A DNA stretch of 64,000 nucleotides from positions 9,349,677-9,413,676 of the forward strand of contig CM082592.2 of assembly GCA_040954595.2 (NCBI GenBank), read 5' to 3'. This document shows positions 51,901 to 64,000 of this stretch, one piece after another. Source of the stretch: Balanoglossus misakiensis (taxonomy: Eukaryota > Animalia > Hemichordata). The notes under the pieces are model-generated. The model worked only from the letters and a program-made list of their open reading frames with translations. It did not search any database and was not told the origin of the DNA. The number at the start of each line of letters is the position of its first letter. Position 1 is the stretch's first letter. The position numbers and the translations under genes are program-made.

Positions 51901-54900
51901 ATCTTCTGTATCCCCCTCATCTTCTCTGTCCATGGTAACCAGCTCAAAGTCGAGGAAAACCGGCGGGCGATCATCCTCGCTCAGTGCACCAGGATCAGCG
52001 ATGGTATCCCCGGCCAAATTTTTGGAACTCGTTTCCGCTTGCCCTACTAATTGTATGGTCACTCTCTTATCAGATTTCGTACGTTCAGACTCCGGGTTAA
52101 GATTTTCGTTCTCTGTGTCCAGTTTCTGGACAGTGTTTTCGGACACCTCTTCGGGACCGTCTTCCACTTTTCTGTCTCCTTCAAATTGCCCATCGACTAC
52201 AGGATTGTCCAAGTTTGTAATTTCCTTTGTCTGGTCATCTGTGATTGGCGGGGACACTTCTGTGCCTTCTCCGCCAGTTCTTCCAACAGTTTTATCCTCG
52301 GAATTTTCGGTCGCGTTGTCCGCCGTTTCTTTTGTTTCCGGAAGACCATGTACAGTTTCGTCATCGACACTCCGTGGATTGTGGTCGGTGTTTTTGACCA
52401 GGACTGGCTTCACAATGTCACCTTTTCGGACGGGGTCACTTTCGTCCATTTCGTCCGCGCTTGTGATCACCATCACAAAACCATCTTCTTTTATTTCGAG
52501 TGAAGGTCTTTTCCCTTGGTTAACTCTCCAACCGTTCTCTCCCTCCTTACAAACAATTTCCTTTGGATTTTGAAATTCAGTTGCATTGTCCGTTTTGCAT
52601 GCACTGTCCACTTCGATGGCAATTTCTGTGCCAGGAGAGAAAGTTGTAGGCGCCTCCTTGCTGTGTTCGTCATCACCGTCGTCGATTTTACAAACTGAAC
52701 TATTTTCGCCATCTTTAGTTGTCTCCAATCCTTCTCTGATTTCGCCTTTCTCATAACCAGTCTTGCCGGTGGGAATTTCATCGTCTGATATTGGTTGGCC
52801 TTCACTGGTAGCCATACTCGCAGCATTGCAACCTTCCATACCCTGAGTTCCGCCCGCCTCAGTTGTGTCAACGACAGGCTGAGTTTCGTCGACATCTGCA
52901 TCAGCTGGTTGTGACGGCCTTTCGTCTAATACATTTATAGAACTCTGGTTCTCGTCTGCAGTTGATTCCTGATGGACGGCTGTCGATGCACTTTCGTCAA
53001 CCTTGACCTCTGAACTGTCATCAGCAACTGCCTCTTGACTGCTGTCTTCGTCTGGCGATTCACTGACTGACGTTGTTTCGGTTTCATTCATCTCTTTGGG
53101 GGAAACTTCGTCGCTTTCGTCGCTGGGTGGCGGGCATTCATCTGCGGCCGCCGTTTCGGTGGTAGGCACAGTCTCACGCACGTTAGAAGTTGACGACAAC
53201 TCATCAGTTGGAGACTTGCTTTCATGTACGGGGGAACTTGATATTTCACCAGCTGACTGAGACTGACTTTCATCGTCTACGGTCGACACTTCCGTGGCTG
53301 GCGTTTCTCCGTCACTTTTGCTGACGTCATCCGATGAAGCTTCGATGTCGCCCGATTCTTCACCCGGAACTCCTTGAAATTGGCCAGACTGGATTTCACC
53401 CGTTTTCGACGCATTTTCGACGGTTACCATTTCAACAGCTGCTTGCAGAATATCATTCACAATCGATTCTTCAATACTTGGCCCTGCTTCACTCTCTTCT
53501 GCAGTCGACATTTGCTCCGTCGGCTGATGCATGTTTTCCTCCGCAGTCAGCTTTCCACCATCTGTACTTGGCGTTTCCAGACTCAACACGAATTCACTTT
53601 CAGCAGCCTGGGCGGTTGATTCGTCATCTGCTCTTTGCTGGTTTTCATCTGCAGTTGGCAAATCCTGGTTCTGTGTTGATACACTATCACTAACCTTGGC
53701 AGTTGGCAGTTCGTCGACTGGTTGGCTTTCAGCAGTCGATTGGCCTTCATCCGCAGTTGACCCCTCGACATCCCGCATCGCGTCACTTTCATCGGCGGTC
53801 CCAGCTGCAGCTTCATCCGTTGGCGGAGACGGGTCTTCATCCTCTGCGGGTTCTTCGTCAGAGCCTGTAGACTGTGTTTCGCTAGCGGCCCAGACTTCAA
53901 TGGTGGGCACGGCTCCAGTTTCACGAACCTCTGCAGGTGGGGTTTCTTGGAGTGGCCGTGCACTCAGGACTTCATTGATAGGTTCCGCTTCCGGTTCCTG
54001 CGCATCTGCACTACATACGTCATCACATGTCTGAGAAGGCTGAACTTCTGTCGGACTATCAACGACCGGTTCACTTTCAATTCCAACTTCTGTAACTTCC
54101 GAAAATATTTCCACTTCCCCTGGTTGATTTTCTTCCACTGTTACAGTGGTGATTTGACTTTCATCTTCGGCGAACTCTCCTTGATCGGGCGGGCTGTCGC
54201 TTTCATCTCCTGCTGCAGTTGAAACTGTGTCAACCGGGCGAGACTGATCGTCAATCACGCTTGACTCGTTATCGACAGATGCTGACACGGACTCCTCCGT
54301 GACCGACTCCTCTCTCAGATTTTCGCTGTCGTTGTCTGCTTCAACTTCAGGTGTTGACATGAGTTCTGTAGTCGGCAATATGGCCGCAGACTGACCATCA
54401 GGCGTCGGGGGTAACTCATCGGCCAATTCGGTCGCCGGAGCTGTGCTACTAATAGACTGTCCGACATTGGCGGAATCCAAAGATTGTTCTGAATCTTTAA
54501 TCATGTTTTCAGGCAAGATTTGGTCATCTTCTGCATCGTCTCTACCCACATCGGCGACCAAACTATGGTCTCCCGTCGTTTTCTCTTCGTTTTCACCGGT
54601 TTCAGTTTTGGCCGGCTCCTTTGCGGCGGATTCAGAGCCCACGGAAGATTCCATTTCATTTTCTGTCTCGTGCATCTGCTGACGATGGTCCACTTGATCG
54701 TCTGCCGCATTGTCATTGGTGGAACAGCAGCCAGTCCCGTCTTTCTCTTCCTGACCGAGATCTTCAGACTCAACATCAGACATTTTTGCCTCTTCGTCAG
54801 CGCCATCTTTTACATCCGGGTGATCGGTTCCAATTTCCGGTTCAGCTGCTCCAGAAACTCTTGAATGGTCACCGTGGAAACCATCTTCGGTTGACACAGT

Positions 54901-57738
54901 CCCGGCTTCTTCCTCCTCAGCGATTATTTTCTTCACCTCCTTGCAAATAGTTTCTTCCCCAACGCGGGTGTCACTGTCTTGTTTCAGCTCGGTATTTTGG
55001 ACAGCTTCTAATTGTACCTCACGAGAGGTTTTGTCGCCAGAATGCTCATCCGCTGTTTCTGGGCCGTCGACGTTTGAGACTTCTGCGGCGACAGAATCTT
55101 CAGAATCGTTGGAGCCGTCATCATCACGACACTCTTCAGTGGGTATGACGTCATCTGATGGCGTCATCATCCGGGGCACAGCTGCGGAGACGGCATGTCC
55201 GCCGTCGTCCATGTCGCTGGATGCGCATTGATTTTCTGAAGGGTTTTCTTCTCGCGCATGTCCATTCTCCGTGATAGTATCAGGCTGGGGCAGTTTAATG
55301 GAGTCATCATCTTCTTGCACATCATTACCAAGCTCGGTGTCCATCGTCTGCTGCGTCTCCGAATCGCTCTTTTGCTCTTCTGACGGACCACTGCGCTCTT
55401 CGTTGTACTTTCTACCATCATGGTCACTTTTTACACAACTATCGTCCACACTGGTTTGTCCTGTTCCGCTTCCTTCATTCAGCAAAACCGGCTCTCTTTC
55501 ATCATTATGAGGCACTTCCTCAGAAACATGGTTTTCAGTGATTTCAGTCTTGTCTGTGCAGACGTCGTCATCCTTCAGCTGGTCTTCGATCGACTTGGTC
55601 GCGTGATCTACAGTTGATGTTTCTGGCACTTTGATCGACGAACCATCGGACAAATTCTCACTCCCGTCATTACAAGTATCTTCCGTGGAAGGGTCCCCTT
55701 CGGCGTTATTTGCGCTCTTTGTAGGCGAAAAGCAAACAGGGCCTGTCGCAGAATCAGAATGATATGAAATGTGAAAGCAACATGGTAATGCATCAAGACC
55801 ACAATTCTGTAATCTCACTCAGTTTTAATCAGATATTGCATCGTTTTCTCTCATTAATTGGGAAAACATTTCTAATGTTAGAAGGATATCATATGTCTCA
55901 CCCTAAATTGACATAACATAAGCATAAGTAATTAGATAAACTTGGAGGATTCCCCTCAAAATATTCCAGTTATGTGTGAGCGTGTATTTTTATATTACAC
56001 GCATGTGCCCATAAGCGTTCGCATATTGGCTGTGAAACAGATACTGCTCGTAAATCACCGAGGAATTATCTCGAACTCTGGCCTATTAGCTCAGGCCTTC
56101 CCATGAAGTTAGTTGCGACATAAATTGTTTGAAAGACAAGGTTTGAAAATACGATAACTTACCCGTTTCCTTTTCGTTGGCAGTGTCTATCGGCCCTATG
56201 TCGCCTGCCATCTCGGTTTGTGGAATCGGTGGCGTGGTACTTTCCTGACTATATCCATTCGGGCATTTGATATCCACGCTGCGGCATTCGTCACAGTTAT
56301 TTCTTTCCTGAGAATCCATGCTTGGTTCCTTTTCGCAAGTCACACTACGCAATCGCTGAAAATCGTCAATTTGTGCGTGGTCCAAGACTTCTACTTCTTT
56401 GCTGTCCGGATCCACGTCTTTCAGATACGAAAGGTTTCCTCTTTCAATTTTACTGTCCGCTAGATTCGACTGTTCGGATTCTATGCGTGTTTCGGGTTCC
56501 TCGGTATTCGGCGCGTCGTCCGCGGTGGCACGCGCGTCATCACTCCGAGTGGAATCGCGAGCGTCCGCCTGTTCGTCATTCTGATCATGCGCACGCCCTG
56601 CATGACGAGTCAGCTCGCTGCCTATTAATACCTCAGCAACAACCGATGTGTTGTCTAATGCCATAGCGGAGATCGATGAATCGTCGTTACCGTCCATCAG
56701 TGGTATAAGTTCATCGTCGGACCCAGTGTCCGTCTTTCCGTTCGACTTCTGGACAATTTCAGACCCGGTTTTGGCCAAAAGCGGTTGGTCTTCGCAATTT
56801 TCATCTAGCTCCCCAAGATCATTTCCCTTGTCGTATTCCGAACGTTTCTTTCCCCCGGCAAAATCATCAAGTTCTATTATCTCTCCAACGTCCCCAGATG
56901 CTACCTTTCCGCCATTTTGACTGGCAATACTGGCCGTTCTTGACGTTCGACTGTCCAAAGGCATCTCCTCCGCGTTCGGCTCGACTTTGCTCAGTTTCTT
57001 CACACCGCAACATTTCGAGCCCATCTCTTCAAACTCTTGGTCGTCGTTGGTCCCCGATTGCACTATTTCTGAAATGCTACGACTACTTTCCGACCCCTTG
57101 CAAGTATCCTCGTTCATATCGCTTTCGTACTCAGCGTTTCCACATGTTTCACTATTAGCCTGCGACCTGTAATATTCTACTACACTGGCTACCACGGCAA
57201 CGGTTGCCAATAGTAGTGCTGACAGGGCACGCGACAGGACCATGAACAGCCCACGGCTGGTCGAAAAAATGACACGCCCCAGCGAACCTGAAAAATGAGG
57301 AAATAAACTTTATTCGGTTGATACGAATATTAAAAAATCAGTACGGCCACTTATTTATCTTCGTATGGCCACTAATTTATGCTGTTTCGGTTGGACGAAT
57401 TATGGAAACGCCTTTCGACTGCGCTGCGCCATTTTCCCTCGACCGGACGTTGAACTCCCATGTCCTTAAATAACCGACGAGAAACGTCCGAACCATGGTA
57501 TAAACCACGGTATCATATTGCGCTATTAATGGAATGCAAACGATGAGATAATCTCAGAGTTGGCTAAGATAGAATCAATCAAAGGACCAGCTGATGATTT
57601 ACGCTGCTGTCCCTGTCATCTGAGAATCTACTTACGAAACCTGCTTTCATTCCCCGACTCGTTGTGCCAGACCTCGTGATTTTCCCGCTCAGAGTTTTTG
57701 CGACTTTCCAGCCGAGAGTCCATTGTCGTGGTTGGCAT
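48919..57738 (-). CDS. Large acidic disordered membrane-anchored KH-domain protein, AKAP1-like architecture without Tudor domain, ~2184 aa
   Basis: Exons 57738-57636, 57287-56163, 55742-50660 (5083 nt), 49855-49771, 49522-49429, 48983-48919 total 6555 nt in frame. Hydrophobic segment LSALLLATVAVVASVVEYY. C-terminal KH domain YVTEFPYPANSIPKLIGRKGKNIRQIANRTNTVIKNRPSDVKEFHTIRVEAENPKQLWIAMQAIQ with a GxxG loop. Intron 49770-49523 is GC-AG (AAG|GCAAGT). The first exon is the least certain. Confidence 0.8.
49567..49606. repeat. (TATG)n microsatellite inside the GC-AG intron
   Basis: About 9-10 TATG units. Confidence 0.85.
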
Positions 57739-60700
57739 TTTCTAAAAAAACGAGTCTCTCCGGATTTTAGCCTGTGTCGATAGTTCTCTCCATAATTTCA
57801 GAGTGGTCAGGCGAAACATTCGACGCACTATTAAATTTCGATCAGCACAATGTCATATACGTCAGAACTGGTACTAAAACTAAATGCCTGGGTAGGGCCA
57901 GGCGACCGTGTGTGAGTGACATATCAATTTTAGAATATTTGAGCTATTTTTAACTTTTTGATGTGTTTGCACTCTGCATTCTCGTCATGCCTCGTCTCGT
58001 CAACTGGGGGCGTCCTACGGCATCATTGGTATTCCTCATGTCTCGTCGACATGATGGAATGCCTCAAACGTGTACATTCTCTGTGTAACATTTAAGATAT
58101 GACGAAATCTGAAACAGTGTAGAAGCTTGAAATCGCTTGAATTATTTTCCATAGAAAGCAGTAAACGCGGGTTTATTTTATCACCAGCCACCCGCTGTGG
58201 CATAAGTGGTCCGAGAGCATCGCCATGTTTTACCAGACGACTAATTACTGTCATCACAACGTAAGATTCTGGACAATATGTAGAAAATACTAGCGAGTCG
58301 AGGGGCCACATCTCTAGTATTACTTTCAAAATTGCGAGATAAGAATTCTAATTTGGTTATTACTAATGACATTAAAAAATAAGCTCTCTAGTGAAGCAGC
58401 AGCAACTATGTGCTATAAACCACAATCATGGAGAGACCCCGGTGATTTATTTTCCTAAGACTTGTAAAAAAATCGGAGGAATAAAACGACGTTCTTACCT
58501 CGCTAATCAAAGACAAGAACCCAGATATGGATATTTCGTAATAAATCCGCCATAGTAGCTCTTAAAGACGCCGAGAGCGCATTAAAGATGACAGACCGTA
58601 CTCGCAGTTGCATATTTATCGCCTATAAAAGATAGGTGAGAACCAATTTATTTCTAGGTGGGAGGGCTGGTGGATATGTTGGCCGTCCAAGAAGAGGCGG
58701 ACAAAATGATCATTTACAATTTAAAACCCTCTAGGGTGTTCGTACGTCGACTATGTATGGCTTGCGTTCTTTTTTGTGAATTCGCAGGAGAGAAAAAACA
58801 TCGCAGGTATATTACTAAAATCACGAGTTGAAAGGTATTCTTATTTCCTTTGACCCCTCCCGAGAAATCGATTGGCTTTCCCCTTAAGTAATTCGCCGGT
58901 ATTACCCACGTGTCCCCCGACGACACATCGCGAGGCCGGGCCGTCGCCTGCCAGACAGGCTGTATAGCAAGACATGCATCTATTAGGCGCAGGTCAACGC
59001 ATATAGGTCAAAATACTTGGCATACCTGATATAAGCTGCCGTCCTTTCTGACTGATATTGAGCAATTCGCTGTCCGCGTGTACGCTAGCACCTCATCTCA
59101 GGACAAGGTCTCAAGCTGAGCTCTGATCTGATCATGACGTTATCTCGACGCATATGCATATATTACTCCTTGCTCGAATCATAAAACATTGAACATTATG
59201 TCGCTAGCATCAGCGACATCGCCCCTTCTTCGCAATTTGTGATCAGCTAGCTTTCTTGCTACGAGACAGACAGACACCTCCTTGTGGATCCGACCGCTTT
59301 AAACTATCGGATCGCCGTCGGGAAAAGACGGAGAAGTCGAAATTGAAATTTCGCAAGCCAGATATAAATCACTGAATAAATTTAAGAGCGGGCTTGGTGA
59401 AATACATTAACTCGCGTCTGAGTGCATAAATAAATAAGCAACCGTATTCGAAAAGGGCACGATATCAGCTTAGATTAAATTTATCAAATATTATTTTTTT
59501 TTACCGTAGAAACCTCAGTGGAATAGTGAACAAAGAGATCTAGCCAATCGCCTATTTTCACTTGGGGGCCATGCGAAAAGTGCGCGCGCCATCAGAGAAC
59601 ATTCAGACGCCATATAATATCCATTAATTGGGTCTAATCGTATCAGATGTGGAGGTCTTGTACTATATCACTCTAATTGTATTATAATGGCATAGCATTA
59701 CATCATAACAATTCATCCGTTCCGTCATAAGTTAATGAGACTAGAATTGTAAGGATGACCATTTCTCATTGAAATAAAACTGTCAAAATCACATAATTAG
59801 ATGTGATTTTCGTACCGGGACAGGAGAGTGTGTCCATGCAAATTTTGTGTTTCGTCATCACTCTAGTACTCAGTACGTGACTTTTCTTTTGTTTATATCA
59901 AGTCGAGACATCGCTGACCTCGTGTGCGTAAGAGGCGTTGCGGCATGACTGCAAATTAGAAATTTACCACGTCATCATGAATACTGGAGATAAACCAATC
60001 ACAATCTCCCCTGGGGGCCACGTTTGTGCGCCATCACGCGGTCATGAGAAGGCATAGCATTACCCTTTTAGTCACAAATGACCATACGTAAATTAGAGGC
60101 GACCGTTCACCTTTGGGATCTTAAATATACATGTAGTTAATTACAAAGTTGGGAAAAACCTTCATTTATCGATACCCAGCTAAGACTAAGGTACAGTTTA
60201 CATTCAACTTTTAATTGACTTATTTAAAGAATGAAATCTTGATGTAAATGTACAAACATGAACGGAACCAGGTTTACGTGTGTAATCATTGGCCATCGTA
60301 ATTGGCCAGTATGTTAATAAATTATCATCACATGATCTCTTTTTAGCCCAGAATGCCGTGTTCTCACAATGTGACCCAGAGTGCAATACAAGAGTCCACT
60401 ACTACTAGCCGAGGGTGAAATGAACGATTACTCACTACCCACAATGCAAATGGTCTGAGATATCCATCCCAGAATGCAATGGTCTAACACTTGTGGTCCA
60501 GAACGAAATAATCACATAGCTACTGCCAAAGATGTCACAGTCTTACAGTGTTGGTCAATTATCACAAATGAACATATATACATATGACAGAATTTCCAAG
60601 AAAACAACAGTTCTGAACACTAAAGGTTGCATTTGCCCCCAAAATCTAACATTTTAAACATGACCCGGTAATATACCTTAGTAAATGCATTCTTACAGTA

Positions 60701-60881
60701 AATATTCCTAGGATCATGATCTTCAACATTCTAGAAAATGCCCGGAATGATAGTTTACGATAAATTTGAGTTCTAATGTACTAATAAATATAAGCATGTT
60801 TTTGGTCAGTGTTGCTCATGTGAAGAATAGAAACAGAGGCATTCTTCTCAAACCCGGAATGCAGTTACAGATCCAGGAATG

Positions 60882-63800
60882 CTATCTCCCCTTTTTCCTC
60901 CCCTTCCTGGTGTGCGCTCTCGTCTCGGGAGAAGCCACCGGAGCGGCCGCACCCATCACTATCTGTCCCTCTTGGATTTCCTGTCGGGTTTCATCCGATG
61001 CATTGCTGATCTGGTTCTGAGCTTCCAAGTAGAACATCAAGTCACGGAGCTGTTCTCTCATGTCTTGGAGTTCCTACAGTTGCAAAAGTTGATAAAAGAA
61101 GTAAATTGCACGTCTACCAAAATTTGGCTAAATTGGTTGAAAATGAAGAGATTTGAGGGGTACTGAAAATTAAGCCAAAAATCCGTACAGAGCATTGGAA
61201 TGGTAAGAAACGCTTAATATCTTCTACCTTGTCTTTCTCCAGATGGTCCTGTTTCTGCCTCTTTTCGAGTTCTTGCAGTTTGACTTGTAGTAGCTTCTGA
61301 TTTTCACGTAAACATTTATTCATCTGGCAGGAGATAAGAATGTGGTTTTTACATCATTCTAGCACAGGAAGTAATCGTAAATTAATGAATATTAGTGAAG
61401 TAACACCTGTTTTACCAACCAATCAGCTACAATCATTCATATCACCTCTCTTTCTTCTTGGAGTTCAGCACTGACAACTTTCACTTTGGTGCCGTGTTGA
61501 GTAGACTTCCTTTCCAAACTCAGCCTCTCCTTGGATACCTTGTTGAATTTCTGTTCTACTTTTTCACATTCAGCGGCCAGTTTCTTACATCGGGCCTCCA
61601 CCTCAGCAATCTGAATGGAAAAAAAACATGACTTAGGAAGCCTAAAGGTATATGGTCAACTCTAATTTACATGTGCCTCCAGTAGTCTGTATCTACACAC
61701 CTCTGCTCTGTTCTTCTCTTCCATCCTTGCCAACTGTTCTTCGAAATACAATCTCTGGGATTCCAGCTGACTGGTCAATAGATATGTAAACTGAAGTGTG
61801 AGGGAAAAATAAACATGTTCATCAGATTTGAAATAAAGTCCTGAACAATTTTATGGACTAAATATGGACTAAATATTTCTTAGATAAACTGGTAGGATCT
61901 TCACCTCCAACGTCAACGAATCCACTTTCTCTTCTCTCTGCGCCGACGGATCTTCTCTGTCCCATTCGACAATTTTACCGTCGCCTTTACTCTGCACCAA
62001 TCTATGAACATAGTTATCTGAAATCAAGTTTACAAACAGTGCTGAATTAAACATGATGGGGTAAGGGAGAATATACACCTGTGGTGTCATGACACTATGG
62101 CCACAGAGGGCGAACTGCATGAGCAGTCCACCATATTGGCAAAGAGGGCACACTCAACCTGGTTACAGATTTGTTCTCATGCATGTTTGTTTCAGAAATG
62201 TATCTATTTTACCTCCAGCGTAGTCCCACACTCTGTTGTTTCCGAGCTGCATGGCGTACGTGTGTTGTGTTTCTTCAAAGTGCTGATACGCATGGGCTGA
62301 CATGTAACGCCCACATCCAATGTGACCACATATTAAACATATCCATAGACTCTGAAAAAGAACATGATATTCAGAAAAAGACAAGACAGTTTAGAGGTTT
62401 CACAATTGTGACATGAATGCGTGAGTGATATATCTCAGGGGATGCTGTGACCAGAAAAGTTGTCAGTTCATATATTTTTTGAAATCGTAAGATTTGATCG
62501 AAATTTCTCTCACCTCCTGTGCTCCGCATATCATACACTTATTATCTGCTACCTGTTCTGGGGCTTGTGAGTAACGACACACTGGACAACTGATCAAACA
62601 AACAAACAACACAAAAACTATCAGATGTGTAATTGATTAGAAAGACATCCTTCCTGCATATGAGAAATATGCATTTGATCAGGTAAAATGTTGAAAGACA
62701 TCAAAACATGCTTAAATGAGAAGAGACATTCCTTGTGGGGTCCCTACCTGGTGTCGCCCCATTTGTACAGACAGCTACTATGAAATGAATGATTGCAGAG
62801 TATAGTAAGAATCCCATCCACAGATTCGTCCATCCTTTCCAGACACACCGGACAAGTTGGCAGCTCGGTCATTCCCGGAATTGGTAGAACTGCTGCCTAC
62901 AGTTGCAACAGAACATGGCATTAGGCAGTTTGCAATTAATAGGCCTACTCTGGAATAAAATGTTGCAAACAGACTACTGCAGTGTTCTATGGAAAATAGG
63001 AATACACATAAGACTCTAGACTGTACATGTATGTTAATAACATTACCTCGGATTCCTTGACCGTCTCAACTCGTGCCACATATACACAATGACACAGCTC
63101 AGGTTCAATCGAATTAAACGGCTGTCCATTGTAGGTCTTGTAAAACTCATCTGCCAGTTTCTTGAAGGAGAAGCAGAAAAGAAATATGCCAGTGAATACC
63201 AGCACATGATACACACATTTCCTCTTGCCTAAAACTTTCGATATCACTTTAACGTATGACACTGGCATTTCTGCTGATGTGCAGATAGAATTTGACTTCA
63301 TACCTGTGCTTTGAACTTGATGAGAACCATGTACTGATTCGGAGTGGAGTCCCGGATGATCCTCAACATCTGAATGTTGGGACTGACCGGAGCCGTAAAT
63401 TGCACTAAATCGTGGATAGTCATGGCCGCTGGCACACCCAGCAACACGATCATCTCACTCCGGGCAGTGTCGTCATCGAGAGACGTCATGAATCTGAAGA
63501 GGCAACAGAACAAACATGTCACTAAACTCACTAGTTACCTTGACCTTGTAATTACAGTGCAACCTGTCTGGATTGAACCCTGCCTAATCTGGAAACTTGT
63601 CTATACCGAACACATTTTCCAGATTTGGCCTTTTTGATTGACATCTCGTAAAGAGTTGAGTCTTACGTTTCTTTATACAGGTGAAGTATTCCCTTTGTAA
63701 TTTCAACGCTAGGGTTTCCGGAGAAGAAATGCACTTGGCTTGGAGCCCTTGCCACTGGGCTGTGACTGATCCTTCCACTGCTGCTGTTGGCAGACCTGTT

Positions 63801-64000
63801 GCCATGGCCACCCTTGCTTGTTCCCGGCTCTGTGGCAGCACTCGATTGGCAGTTTTGGGGCGGGCAGGTCACTTTGAAGCTGGCTTTCTTCTTCTCCCCG
63901 GACGAGGCAGCAACTTCAGAATATGTCGGGAGTTTTGGTTTATCAGTGACATTCTTCTTGGGTTTTGCATTAACCTGGCACACAAGAGTTTCGCCATCTG
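60882..64000 (-). CDS. BRAP: BRCA1-associated protein (BRAP2/IMP E3 ligase), 5' part outside the window
   Basis: Exons ~64000-63667 ([19 protein letters not shown]), 63493-63304 (BRAP2 domain, [16 protein letters not shown]), 63160-63047, 62896-62748 (RING-H2 [29 protein letters not shown]), ~62589-62514, ~62351-62213 (Zn[19 protein letters not shown]), ~62017-61904, ~61790-61701, ~61610-61446, ~61323-61228, ~61073-60882 ([13 protein letters not shown], stop TAG). Confidence 0.96.

Noticed and set aside
50994-57172. Many short plus-strand Ser-rich ORFs
   Set aside because: Antisense shadows of the acidic (Glu/Asp-rich) large exons.

Overview
Eukaryotic (animal) genomic DNA with spliceosomal introns. 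The GPCR type and the gene set suggest a marine invertebrate deuterostome such as a hemichordate or echinoderm, but this is inference only. In order, the window holds: (1) an 87-bp tandem satellite array (1-~9300, about 107 monomers) with a diverged edge and an inverted monomer; (2) two tandem intact plexin-domain-containing (PLXDC-like) genes on +; (3) TMEM116 on -; (4) a rhodopsin-family GPCR with a single coding exon on +; (5) a head-to-tail dimer of a 986-bp TTAA-targeting non-autonomous DNA transposon; (6) GOSR1 on -, with a minor-spliceosome (U12) intron and a candidate alternative N-terminal exon; (7) a ~2184-aa acidic disordered protein on -, with an N-terminal membrane anchor, a PKA-RII-type amphipathic helix, LIR-like motifs and a C-terminal KH domain split by a GC-AG intron (AKAP1-like but Tudor-less); (8) the 3' part of BRAP on -. 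Exon models were built by hand from splice signals and reading frame. No database searches were run.
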